A stretch of DNA of 62,829 bases from Candidatus Saccharimonadota bacterium (GTDB taxonomy: Bacteria; Patescibacteriota; Saccharimonadia; Saccharimonadales; 2-12-FULL-41-12). The stretch covers positions 1 to 62,829 of the forward strand of contig JACRNE010000002.1 of the NCBI GenBank assembly GCA_016219345.1, in the 5' to 3' direction. Shown piece by piece: positions 1 to 8,665 of the stretch. The notes below the pieces were generated by a model, which was given only the letters and a program-made list of their open reading frames with translations, made no database searches and was not told the DNA's origin. The position numbers and the translations under genes are program-made. Every line of letters begins with the position of its first letter. Position 1 is the stretch's first letter.

Positions 1-11
1 TTGAACAAGTA

Positions 12-338
12 ATGCATTTTGGATGTGCTCCCGCCTTGGTAATTGGTGAAGATGATGGTGTCTCTGTTGAAAGAGCCTTTGAGAAAAGCTTTGAATTCCC
101 TAATGGAGGATTCCCTAAGGTTCATGCCGAAAGATCAAGACTTCAAAGGAGAGTTGCTCGCAACTCTAAGTCTCCGCTTGAAAATAGGCTAGGCGCCGTT
201 GCGGCGGAGATTCTCCCCGTCAAAGGTGAAGACTCTACCCCTATTGTTATAGCAGATGATGCTCTTCCTCATCTAGATGAGCGACTTAAAGAAGATATGC
301 ATTCTATGGCAGTGGAGATAGATCCAATACTTCTTTAA
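12..338 (+). CDS. hypothetical protein; frame is open back to the window edge, so possibly the 3' part of a longer gene
   Basis: 108-aa ORF in track; no in-frame stop between nt 3 and 12; no recognisable motif. Confidence 0.3.
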   Translation: MHFGCAPALVIGEDDGVSVERAFEKSFEFPNGGFPKVHAERSRLQRRVARNSKSPLENRLGAVAAEILPVKGEDSTPIVIADDALPHLDERLKEDMHSMAVEIDPILL

Positions 339-369
339 TCAAGAATATAAATAATTGAAACCGAAAATC

Positions 370-1098
370 TTATTTAATTTCACAGTCAATTATAGGCATT
401 CGCTTTGCTGCCCTAGTGCGAATAGTTAATGGAGCGTAATTACCGCGTGACACGGTATTCACAGTAAATTTGAATTCTACGTCTGGATTAGTTACACATG
501 ACTGATCATTTCCAAAACTGTCAAAATAATAACTACCGTACTCTGGAGAACTACCAATATATTTAATAATCCCTGTTGGAGTATTAACAGGCTTAAAGTT
601 TTCTTTGCTATTTTCTCTTGATTCTAGGCCGACTACAGTTCTGATCACCCGACTTTTTTGACAATCATCCATTAGATTTAAGGTTATTCCTACGCTGTCT
701 TCATCTATTCTTGCTGTCTCTATATCTCCCTTTAAGAAAACCTTACCCGCATCGCCGAACATGCAAGATCTATATGTTGTCTTATCATCCTCAGACATCT
801 CTGGCATCGGCGGCAAATCCACTGCATCCTCATTAAACTCTTGTAAAATGCTTGTCAAAGCTTTTTGACTCGTATCAAATTTTTTATATCTTGGTATTTT
901 TCTATAACCACCCTCTGGTGGAACAAACTCTCTGCCCTCTACAGTCGCTGCATTGGCTTTTGGAACACCGATTAAACCCAGTGAAACTCCAACAATAGTT
1001 AAGCATCCAGAAATCTTCATCCAATTATCGGATACGAACTCTGTTGCCTCGCGAAGTGGCGCTAACTTTGACTCTATTCCATTTCCCAAGTTATGCAT
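370..1098 (-). CDS. hypothetical exported/membrane-anchored protein
   Basis: 242-aa ORF; N-terminal hydrophobic segment (ISGCLTIVGVSLGLIGV) followed by a hydrophilic domain with Cys residues; co-directional with glyQS. Confidence 0.5.
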   Translation of the reverse strand: MHNLGNGIESKLAPLREATEFVSDNWMKISGCLTIVGVSLGLIGVPKANAATVEGREFVPPEGGYRKIPRYKKFDTSQKALTSILQEFNEDAVDLPPMPEMSEDDKTTYRSCMFGDAGKVFLKGDIETARIDEDSVGITLNLMDDCQKSRVIRTVVGLESRENSKENFKPVNTPTGIIKYIGSSPEYGSYYFDSFGNDQSCVTNPDVEFKFTVNTVSRGNYAPLTIRTRAAKRMPIIDCEIK

Positions 1099-1168
1099 AT
1101 AACCTACTTTTAAATAATTCTACTCTCTTAATTAACTCATGCAAGCACAAGCATCAAGCTAAATTTGA

Positions 1169-2545
1169 CTACCTAACAACAAGTTTTTCTTTTAAGGCAG
1201 AGATTTTTATACGTTCTTGCTTAGTCGTATCTCTGTCTCGAATAGTTACAGTGTTATCTTCTAAAGTGTCGAAGTCTACGACTACGCAGTGTGGCGTACC
1301 GATTTCGTCTTGGCGGCGATAGCGCTTGCCGATGTTGCCGTTGTCGTAGTACATTACATTTCCGCATTCTTTTTTCAGCGTTTTATAAACTTCTTTGGCC
1401 TTCTCTACCAATTCTGGCTTGTTTTTTAGTAAGGGGCTTACGGCTACTTTGACAGGGGCTAGGTGGGCTGGAAGCTTGAGGTACGTTCTTTTCTCTCCAT
1501 TGATCTCGTCCTCCGTGTATGCGCTGACTAGAACGGCGATAATTGCTCGCTCTACACCAAAACTTGGCTCTATCACGTGTGGCACAAATGGCTCACCACC
1601 ATCTTTTGGTCGATATTCCATATTCTTGCCACTAACTCGTTGGATATTGCCCAGATCAAAGTCTGTTCTGTACGCCAGGCCAAGTAGTTCATCACGCTTG
1701 TGAGGAAAATCAAATTCAAAGTCGACAGTTCTCTTGCTGTAGTGTGCACGATCTGCGTCTTCTACCTCTAATTTATGAACTGATTCTTTTGGCAAACCAA
1801 GTTCGCCCAAGAAAGCTTCAATATCTTTCACCCACTTATCAAATTCTTTTTCCCAGTTTTTCTCATTAATAAAATATTCGATCTCCATTTGCTCAAACTC
1901 ACGAGAGCGGAATACAAAATCGCGCGGGCTGATCTCGTTTCTAAAAGCTTTGCCGATCTGGGCTATACCAAACGGCACATCTGGATAAAAGCTATCCACT
2001 ACATTCTTGTAATTCGTAAATATTCCCTGCGCAGTCTCTGGCCTTAAATAAACCAAATTTGTATCGTCAGAAATAGAATAATCATGTTCTCTCAGATGTT
2101 CGAGCGCTTCTGGTACTTTATCGAACTTTGCTGGCATGTCTTCTACGGGACCTATGTGAGTCTTGAACATCATATTAAACTCTCGGGCTTCGCTGAAAGT
2201 ACCAGTTTTGCCACAAGTTGGGCATTTATCACTATCCAGATGATCTGCTCGGAAGCGTCCTTTGCAGTTGCTGCATTCAACTAGTGGGTCTGTAAAAGTA
2301 TCTACGTGACCGCTGGCTTGCCAGACTTTCTGGTTCATCAAAATTGCTGCATCTACACCGTACATGTCATCTCTATCTTCTACAAATGTCTTCCACCAGA
2401 GATCCTGAATGTTCTTTTTTAGTGCGACACCAAGCGGACCGTAATCCCAAGTACCGCTTAAGCCACCGTAGACTTCACTACCCTGGTAAATAAAACCACG
2501 GCGCTTACACAAACTAACAATCTCATCCATCGCAACTTTGCTCAT
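1169..2545 (-). CDS. glyQS: glycine--tRNA ligase, single-chain class II type
   Basis: 458 aa; N-terminus KRRGFIYQGSEVYGGLSGTWDYGPLG and class II motifs (FRNEISPRDFVFRSREFEQMEIEYF) typical of GlyQS. Confidence 0.95.
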   Translation of the reverse strand: MSKVAMDEIVSLCKRRGFIYQGSEVYGGLSGTWDYGPLGVALKKNIQDLWWKTFVEDRDDMYGVDAAILMNQKVWQASGHVDTFTDPLVECSNCKGRFRADHLDSDKCPTCGKTGTFSEAREFNMMFKTHIGPVEDMPAKFDKVPEALEHLREHDYSISDDTNLVYLRPETAQGIFTNYKNVVDSFYPDVPFGIAQIGKAFRNEISPRDFVFRSREFEQMEIEYFINEKNWEKEFDKWVKDIEAFLGELGLPKESVHKLEVEDADRAHYSKRTVDFEFDFPHKRDELLGLAYRTDFDLGNIQRVSGKNMEYRPKDGGEPFVPHVIEPSFGVERAIIAVLVSAYTEDEINGEKRTYLKLPAHLAPVKVAVSPLLKNKPELVEKAKEVYKTLKKECGNVMYYDNGNIGKRYRRQDEIGTPHCVVVDFDTLEDNTVTIRDRDTTKQERIKISALKEKLVVR

Positions 2546-2589
2546 CTTAATGAATATTATACCCCAACTGAACTCTTTATAAACGAAAC

Positions 2590-3054
2590 TTATACGCTCG
2601 GATGGTCTCGATTATATCGATCGCGATTCCTGGAACGTACTAGACCACCAAAAAGCACGAAAGCAAAGGCTCCACCCCCAGCAGCTGCCAGAGCTATCAT
2701 GTTTTTGTTTTTTTCTTTCACAGTCCTTGTATTGTCTATCTTGAAATCCGATGCATTTGGGAAGGAATATGACACGACATTACTTGAAGTACTGTGGGAT
2801 TTGCCTTGATCAAGTTGAAAGCTCTCTTCTTGGTTCGTAAATTTATTCGCAAAAGGCTTACATTCAACAGGAAGATTAGGTTTTTCAACAGCGACAGCAC
2901 CAAGATTACGAGAGCATGCTTCCACGCCTTTGTTATGTGAGTTTAGTAACTTCTCGTGCATATTTGCGAAGTCGTTCGCATATACAAACAAGCCCGCGCC
3001 CGATGCAACTCCGATTGCTAATGCTTTTCCTCTTTCCATGCCTTTATTCATCAT
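2590..3054 (-). CDS. hypothetical membrane protein
   Basis: 154 aa; hydrophobic helices near both termini (ALAIGVASGAGLFVY; IALAAAGGGAFAFVLFGGLV). Confidence 0.5.
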   Translation of the reverse strand: MMNKGMERGKALAIGVASGAGLFVYANDFANMHEKLLNSHNKGVEACSRNLGAVAVEKPNLPVECKPFANKFTNQEESFQLDQGKSHSTSSNVVSYSFPNASDFKIDNTRTVKEKNKNMIALAAAGGGAFAFVLFGGLVRSRNRDRYNRDHPSV

Positions 3055-3063
3055 AGTGCCCTA

Positions 3064-4470
3064 TTATACAGATCGTCTGTTAAGCTCAGTTAGCATATCA
3101 CGGCTTACTACAACGGCAGAAGCCATGGTAGGAGCCCACAAATCGACTCCTACTGGTTTAGCATTGCCCGGCTCATATGCTTCTGAGAATTTTCTCCTAC
3201 CACGTTTTTTATCGTACATGCCAGAATGATTGTAGGCTTTTACAATTGCTGTGCCTAGTCTATGTTTTAAGTCTTTTTCCCGTGGATTTGATGATTCCAA
3301 CGCAGAATAAATAAGCATATTTATCATGGGGTGCATGGCACCTCTATGTATTTTATCGCCACCTTCTGCACCTGTAGCGATTGGAAAGTTTACTCTTGTG
3401 CTTTTCTTGAGCGATCCTACAACCCGCTTAACTTGAATATCACTCATGGCACTTCTACCCAGTAAGGACAATGCACTCTCTGCACCCGAATACTCAGCTA
3501 GGGATTCACCGGAATCAGTTAGCGAAGCAAACTTCTGCTCATCAGTGTTCCAGAACTTTTGGAATCCCTGCTTAGTTCTAGCAAAATGAACCTGGAGGTG
3601 GCCGATACCGCCCCTGCCAGCCATCTCGCAAAGATTTTCTAGCGCTTCGTTGTCTGCCACCAAAAAAGCATTGGCCGTAAGATCCTTAAGCCGAAAATCA
3701 CCAAAAGCATTATGCAATACATCCCATGTTCTGGCGGCTGTATCTGTAGACATATACTGATTTGCGTCATAAGTAGATCCGCCAATTCCTGCTACTTTAC
3801 CGCCGCCCTTTAGTTGCCTAAATGTTCTTACAGGGTGTCTTACTAACCTGCCTACTGCACTTTCGGCAATCCTGGTAAATTTAAAACGCTTATCTATCTC
3901 TAAACTATCCAAAATATGCTTATTGACTTCTCCGTGCCTAAATATAGTTTCGTCTGGATGTAGCTGAGTTAAAAGACCATCCTTATCAAAATCTCTTTCT
4001 CTATACTGCCATTCTTTTATTTTTAGAAGCTTTGGCAATATTTCATCAAGCCATCCTTGTCTCTCTGCGTCTGGTAATTTTCGAGCTACATCAAGCGCAG
4101 CCAAATTCATAACAGGCATGGCCGAAAGTGGACTAATCCACTCATCTTGCTCGTTTTTTTCTGCTTTTAGTACTCTTCTGTCTGCATGTATTCTTCTAAA
4201 ACTCGTGCCATCAACTACCATGTGTGGGACTCGGCCATCGGCTGCGATATTATCAAGAACAAAGTCAACCATAGCCTTTGCATTTTCTGTTTTACCAAGG
4301 GCTAAATCGGCACGCTCAAAGGCCAATAGCTCGTGAGGCCAGGTATCCGTATGGCTTTTTGCAGTAATGGGATCAGGGCGGCCTTCAACCCTACTTTTAT
4401 CAAGCTCCCTAGATGCAACCATTTGGAATTCTAGCAATTCCGTTGCTATAGAAACTTCTCCACGGTTCAT
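3064..4470 (-). CDS. hypothetical protein, possibly a six-hairpin (alpha/alpha)6 glycosidase-like enzyme (GH63/trehalase-like superfamily); tentative
   Basis: 468-aa ORF. Weak by-eye resemblance to MGH1/GH63-like hydrolases in the C-terminal half (LTANAFLVADNEALENLCEMAGRGG; HPMINMLIYSALE; SEAYEPGNAKPVGVDLWAPTMASAVV). The coding status is solid; the function is not. Confidence 0.35.
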   Translation of the reverse strand: MNRGEVSIATELLEFQMVASRELDKSRVEGRPDPITAKSHTDTWPHELLAFERADLALGKTENAKAMVDFVLDNIAADGRVPHMVVDGTSFRRIHADRRVLKAEKNEQDEWISPLSAMPVMNLAALDVARKLPDAERQGWLDEILPKLLKIKEWQYRERDFDKDGLLTQLHPDETIFRHGEVNKHILDSLEIDKRFKFTRIAESAVGRLVRHPVRTFRQLKGGGKVAGIGGSTYDANQYMSTDTAARTWDVLHNAFGDFRLKDLTANAFLVADNEALENLCEMAGRGGIGHLQVHFARTKQGFQKFWNTDEQKFASLTDSGESLAEYSGAESALSLLGRSAMSDIQVKRVVGSLKKSTRVNFPIATGAEGGDKIHRGAMHPMINMLIYSALESSNPREKDLKHRLGTAIVKAYNHSGMYDKKRGRRKFSEAYEPGNAKPVGVDLWAPTMASAVVVSRDMLTELNRRSV

Positions 4471-4510
4471 AACCTGTTATTATACCACTTTAGTCAATCT
4501 TTTTCAAGAT

Positions 4511-5203
4511 TTACGCTGTTTGCTGAGATTCTAATCTATCTGTTAAAACACAGCATTTTGAGATTGCGTCATTAGGGCAGTTAGATATTGGTTTAAAGGT
4601 TTCTCTGCCATCAAAATAGCGCAGAATCTTTATGCTATCAGACGTAAAATTGCCATTTTGATCGACAAAGAAACAGTGGTTATCATAGTCAAAACTGTAT
4701 TTTTCATCTGCCGGGATTGGCTGACCATCCTTAAGAGTTTTGAGATTGGGTGTTGAGCCAGTTAGTTTAAGAATTTTCAAACTAAACCATATCTTTAGCT
4801 GGTTTATGTCTACATCATTTTCATTAATTTTTTTTAAATTTTCTAAAAGGTACGAGTAATATTCCCCGCCCGCTCCATCGGGCGTCAGCTTATTTACGCT
4901 TTTTAGCGAATTGTATGCATATTCGGATTTCTTTATATCTTTTGGCGTGTTGTTTCCAAAAAAGTTTTTCATCTTCGAAGAGATAAGCGTAAACATATCA
5001 CTCCTACCGCGCACTAAAACTATATGATTCTCCGAGAAAAGCTCTATCCCTCCGGCTAGCTTACTGCCCGAGGATCTGACGGACTTTGCCACTAGCTTTA
5101 ATTTTCCGTGATTAGGAGTTATCACAGTAAGTATCCGGTCTTTCTCACCAAAATTCACTCTAGAAAGAACGATTGCGTCGTCTGAAATATTTTTTTCTAG
5201 CAT
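4511..5203 (-). CDS. recO: DNA repair protein RecO
   Basis: OB-fold N-terminus DDAIVLSRVNFGEKDRILTVITPNHGKLKLVAKSVR. Start trimmed to the ATG at 5201-5203 (MLEKNISDD) because the track ORF extension overlaps the upstream receiver gene. Confidence 0.85.
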   Translation of the reverse strand: MLEKNISDDAIVLSRVNFGEKDRILTVITPNHGKLKLVAKSVRSSGSKLAGGIELFSENHIVLVRGRSDMFTLISSKMKNFFGNNTPKDIKKSEYAYNSLKSVNKLTPDGAGGEYYSYLLENLKKINENDVDINQLKIWFSLKILKLTGSTPNLKTLKDGQPIPADEKYSFDYDNHCFFVDQNGNFTSDSIKILRYFDGRETFKPISNCPNDAISKCCVLTDRLESQQTA

Positions 5204-5204
5204 T

Positions 5205-5579
5205 TTAACGAAGCGATTGTTCGACCCTTTCAACAAGTTTTTTAAGCGTTGTGGTTGGCTTATAAAAATGCTCCAAAATACCCATGTCTTTTTTAATCTT
5301 TTCTGACATTCCTGCATCATCTGCTGAGATCTGGCTATAGATGATAATTGGTGTGTCTACCCAATCGCTATATGATCTGAACTCGTGTATAAACTCCAGA
5401 CCGTTATGCCGCGGGATTAGAAGCTCAATTACCACGATTTTTGGTGGTGATGAATCAGCGGCTTTTATAGCCTCTTGTGAGGTATGAGCTATTTTGGTTG
5501 AAAATTCCTTGCGTGCAAAAGCATGCGATATGACTAGGGATAGCTCTTTGGACGGTTCAATAATTAGTACGTCTGTCAT
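5205..5579 (-). CDS. atypical single-domain response-regulator receiver (Glu at the phospho-acceptor position)
   Basis: CheY-like pattern starting at MTDVLIIEPS. Acidic pair DD is replaced by EP and acceptor Asp by Glu (KIVVIELLIPRHNG); conserved Ser (IIIYSQ) and Lys-Pro (FYKPT) are retained. ATG at 5577-5579 lies 1 nt after the kinase stop. Confidence 0.7.
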   Translation of the reverse strand: MTDVLIIEPSKELSLVISHAFARKEFSTKIAHTSQEAIKAADSSPPKIVVIELLIPRHNGLEFIHEFRSYSDWVDTPIIIYSQISADDAGMSEKIKKDMGILEHFYKPTTTLKKLVERVEQSLR

Positions 5580-5580
5580 G

Positions 5581-6145
5581 TTATATAAGCTGTAGTTGGT
5601 GACTTTTTTTAAGCCGTATAACAAAACCCTTCATCCCATTGTGGCTAGCTATATTTAATCCATCTCCGAGTGAACTTGCCAAAATGTCAGCGATTGCCAG
5701 CTGTATCCCGCTGCCTTCATTTTTTAGACAAAGAGCCATGCGTGAATTACCCTGCATTGAGCGAGCTTTTACAATATCCTTTTTTTCTACGTCCAAATTG
5801 CTGCGACATAACTTCGGAGTCTTTTATATTTGTACTGATTAAAACTCTATTTTTCTCGGCAACAGGACCAAGCTCTTGCAAGACTTCATAGATAACTGAT
5901 CCAACCCCAATTGTCTCTATAGGCAATTTTACCTGGCCATATTCTGATTGCGCCATTAATAGGTAGCTGTCTATTAACTTTAGGGTCCGTTCAGCTGTGT
6001 CTTGCAGTTCACTAAACGCTGATTCGCCGATGTTCAAGGCTTCTAACTCGGCCTTTCGGGCAATCAAAGTCAGAGGGTTCTTCAGTTCGTGTGCTAAAGA
6101 CCCAAGAAGTTGATATGGTGTTGAAAAATTATTTGTTTTAGCCAC
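5581..6145 (-). pseudogene. frameshifted minimal histidine kinase (DHp H-box plus degenerate HATPase_c); no sensor or TM region
   Basis: ORF 5747-6145 carries the H-box LAHELKNPLTLI. ORF 5581-5796 in another frame carries a G2-like tail GSGIQLAIADILASSLGDGLNIASHNGMKGFVIRL. The frames overlap at an A7 run (minus sense; T7 at 5781-5787). Confidence 0.55.
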
Positions 6146-6211
6146 TCTCTACCCCGTTTTATACAAGGGTAATTGTAGCATGGTGATTTGTTGCGTTAGC
6201 AAGCTCAAGCT

Positions 6212-6895
6212 CTATGGAGAGAAGACTAAGTTGGGCAATATGATGTTGTTAAAATCATTAAACCTGTCAGGTAGTTCGCTTGAGATTTTAAGAGTTTTAT
6301 CGCGAAGCGGCAGCACAACCAAAGAAGCTGTTTTACCCTCTTCTAACTCCCCATCGAACTTCAGGCCAACAACGCCAGGAACTTTTGGTAATGAGTAGGC
6401 CGTTGCTTTCAGTTTTCCGTCTTGGATCTGTCCATCATACCCGGATATTGCGTCATTGTAAGCACTTGCTTCAATGGTGATCCTTAATGCCTGAGCCGTT
6501 TCATCGCCTGCAGGAACGTACTGGGGACTAAATATAAAGAAAGGATCTTCCTCCGTTGATACGTACGCACTCCATGTTTTTGGATAGCTAACTTCTAGAC
6601 TGCCGAATTCAGCTGGTGCTTTGTAAATATCTAGCGGGAACTTCTCTTTTTCTAAAAACTCATTGTCCTTTTGTGTTGATACTTTTTGTGATGCGACAGC
6701 TGCAGCGGCTTCTGACTTTTTATCAGAGTTATTTTTATAGTCGGTACGCTCAGCGTAAGCCCAAATACCAAAACCAAGTGACACAAAAAAACAAAGAACG
6801 GCAATGATCAAAGGGATTAAAAGAATATTTAGAGCACCGGACTCATCGCGGTTTAACTTCATAACCCTTATGTTAACATAGTTTTTCAGTGGCAT
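6212..6895 (-). CDS. hypothetical membrane-anchored extracytoplasmic protein
   Basis: 227 aa; TM segment ILLIPLIIAVLCFFVSLGFGIWAY. ATG overlaps the stop of the upstream gene (TAATG). An alternative start at 6862 is possible. Confidence 0.55.
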   Translation of the reverse strand: MPLKNYVNIRVMKLNRDESGALNILLIPLIIAVLCFFVSLGFGIWAYAERTDYKNNSDKKSEAAAAVASQKVSTQKDNEFLEKEKFPLDIYKAPAEFGSLEVSYPKTWSAYVSTEEDPFFIFSPQYVPAGDETAQALRITIEASAYNDAISGYDGQIQDGKLKATAYSLPKVPGVVGLKFDGELEEGKTASLVVLPLRDKTLKISSELPDRFNDFNNIILPNLVFSP

Positions 6896-7374
6896 TAATA
6901 GATATAAAGATACACACCAGATTTTTCTAACACGAATTTTTTGTCTGGTATTTTAAATGAATTACTTGCCACCCTAACGCCCTTTTTACTTTGCTGTTTT
7001 ATTTTTTGGTCAAGTCTACTCATGTACTTATCAAGTAAAAATACGTATATGCCATCGTGCTTGGGCCAATCCACCGACCAGAAGCTCCCCCACACCACCT
7101 TGACCTGATTTTTGTATTTCCTAGTTGTTAACTTTGAGATAATGACTAGTAAAGGATTGATCTCGTAGCCGACGACCTTTAACCCTCTCTTTGCCGCTTC
7201 ACGCATTACCCTGCCATCACCGCACCCAAGCGCTAGTAGCGTCTGCCCGGGCTTAAGACTTAAGATATCCAGTGCTGTATCTTGTGTTTTTTTAAGAGTT
7301 GGTAAATACGGCGCCCCGAAGAAAACCACAAAACCAAATAGCAAAATAATTGTTACGGCAACTAACGTTATCAT
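6895..7374 (-). CDS. small class I SAM-dependent methyltransferase with N-terminal TM helix
   Basis: 159 aa; motif I LLALGCGDGRVMREAAKRGLKVVGYEINP; N-terminal hydrophobic helix. Confidence 0.7.
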   Translation of the reverse strand: MITLVAVTIILLFGFVVFFGAPYLPTLKKTQDTALDILSLKPGQTLLALGCGDGRVMREAAKRGLKVVGYEINPLLVIISKLTTRKYKNQVKVVWGSFWSVDWPKHDGIYVFLLDKYMSRLDQKIKQQSKKGVRVASNSFKIPDKKFVLEKSGVYLYIY

Positions 7375-7550
7375 GATATTTTTTTAATTTTTGCTTCGGT
7401 TTTCTTGATATATTTCTCAAGCTCTTTCACTAATTTTTGACCAGTCTCGTAAAGCTCGACTGACTCGTCTAGGTCAACCTGTCCGTCCTCAAGTTTGTTG
7501 ATTACTTGTTCTAGTTCATTCTTTAGTTGCTGGTAGTTTTTCTCTGCCAT
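7371..7550 (-). CDS. xseB: exodeoxyribonuclease VII small subunit (59 aa, missing from the ORF track)
   Basis: My translation of the minus strand gives MAEKNYQQLKNELEQVINKLEDGQVDLDESVELYETGQKLVKELEKYIKKTEAKIKKIS. It lies immediately downstream of xseA (2-nt gap), and its stop overlaps the next ATG (ATGA). Confidence 0.8.
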   Translation of the reverse strand: MAEKNYQQLKNELEQVINKLEDGQVDLDESVELYETGQKLVKELEKYIKKTEAKIKKIS

Positions 7551-7552
7551 TT

Positions 7553-8665
7553 TTAGCTCGCTTTCGCCTTGATTTTACCATCGCTAAACTGGATTGATAA
7601 GTCATCTGCTTTTTTAACATTGGTTGCTGAGCGAATTTGTTGACCAGTTTTATCACGCACTATAGCGTAGCCTTTTTTAAGGGGTAATAAGGGGTTTAAA
7701 ACGTTAATAAATTCTGACTTTTGGCGCAAATCATGCTGAGCTAAATCAATTTTTGTGTTCATTCTAGAGACCAAATCCTCTTTCAAAAGCTTAGATTCAT
7801 CCAAACTTATTTTTAATATACTTTCTATAGCTTTTTTCATGTAGTCGTTCTGCGAAAAAAGACTTTGCAGTTCGGATTTTTTATCCGGCACAAGCATTTC
7901 TGCAGCATTGCTAGGCGTGCTTGCACGTACATCAGCAGCTAGCTCAGCCAAGCTTAGGTCAATCTCATGGCCGATAGCTACTATAGTCGGGGCGCGACTA
8001 GCAGCAACCGCCCTCACCACCTGCTCTGTTGAGAAGGCTGCAAGATCATCTGTGCTACCACCGCCTCTGATTAAGGCTAGAACATCCATGGGCTGCGACA
8101 TTTGGTTAAATTTTTCGACGGCATGAACTATCTGCCCGGGCGCTTCCAGGCCTTGCACTAATGATTCAGCAACGTTTATCTCCACATGTGGCCAGCGTGC
8201 ATTAATAATCTTTATGAAATCTGCATATGCAGCAGACCCAACCGAAGTGATTAACCCAATCTTTTTCGGGGGATACGGCAATGCTCGCTTTCTCTCCGGT
8301 GAAAAAAGGCCTTCGGCTTCTAACTTCTTTGCCAACAAAGCCTGGGCCTTAGCTATAGAGCCCTCACCCACTACCCTAAGATTACTGATATTTATACTCA
8401 ATCCATATCTGTTATGAAGTCTCGGGTAGCCTATAACCTCCAGGTTTATGCCATCCTCCAGCGGACCTGGGAGCATGTCTTTCGTGCCAAAAAATTTTAC
8501 TGAGGAAGTCTCGTCTTTTAAGTCAAAATAAACCCACCGATTCTTGCTAATCCTAAAGTTAGAAAGCTCCCCCACAATATCTACAAAGGGATAAGTTAAT
8601 TCCAGAGTTTGATTAAATAATTCTACAAATTCGCTGACTGTTAGCTTAGGGTCTGAGCCAATCAT
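7553..8665 (-). CDS. xseA: exodeoxyribonuclease VII large subunit
   Basis: 370 aa; OB-fold N-terminus (VSEFVELFNQTLELTYPFVDIVGELSNFRISKNRWVYFDLKDE) and catalytic core (LIRGGGSTDDLAAF, IGHEIDLSLAELAADVRASTPS). Confidence 0.9.
   Translation of the reverse strand: MIGSDPKLTVSEFVELFNQTLELTYPFVDIVGELSNFRISKNRWVYFDLKDETSSVKFFGTKDMLPGPLEDGINLEVIGYPRLHNRYGLSINISNLRVVGEGSIAKAQALLAKKLEAEGLFSPERKRALPYPPKKIGLITSVGSAAYADFIKIINARWPHVEINVAESLVQGLEAPGQIVHAVEKFNQMSQPMDVLALIRGGGSTDDLAAFSTEQVVRAVAASRAPTIVAIGHEIDLSLAELAADVRASTPSNAAEMLVPDKKSELQSLFSQNDYMKKAIESILKISLDESKLLKEDLVSRMNTKIDLAQHDLRQKSEFINVLNPLLPLKKGYAIVRDKTGQQIRSATNVKKADDLSIQFSDGKIKAKAS

Noticed and set aside
4511-5320. N-terminal extensions of track ORFs: recO to 5320, secA to 25171 (TTG), greA to 34518, rpmE2 from 42967, prfA from TTG 43399, and the receiver to 5624.
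   Set aside because: The extensions overlap upstream genes, a terminator or a promoter, and they add non-homologous residues before the conserved family N-termini. Internal ATGs were chosen instead.
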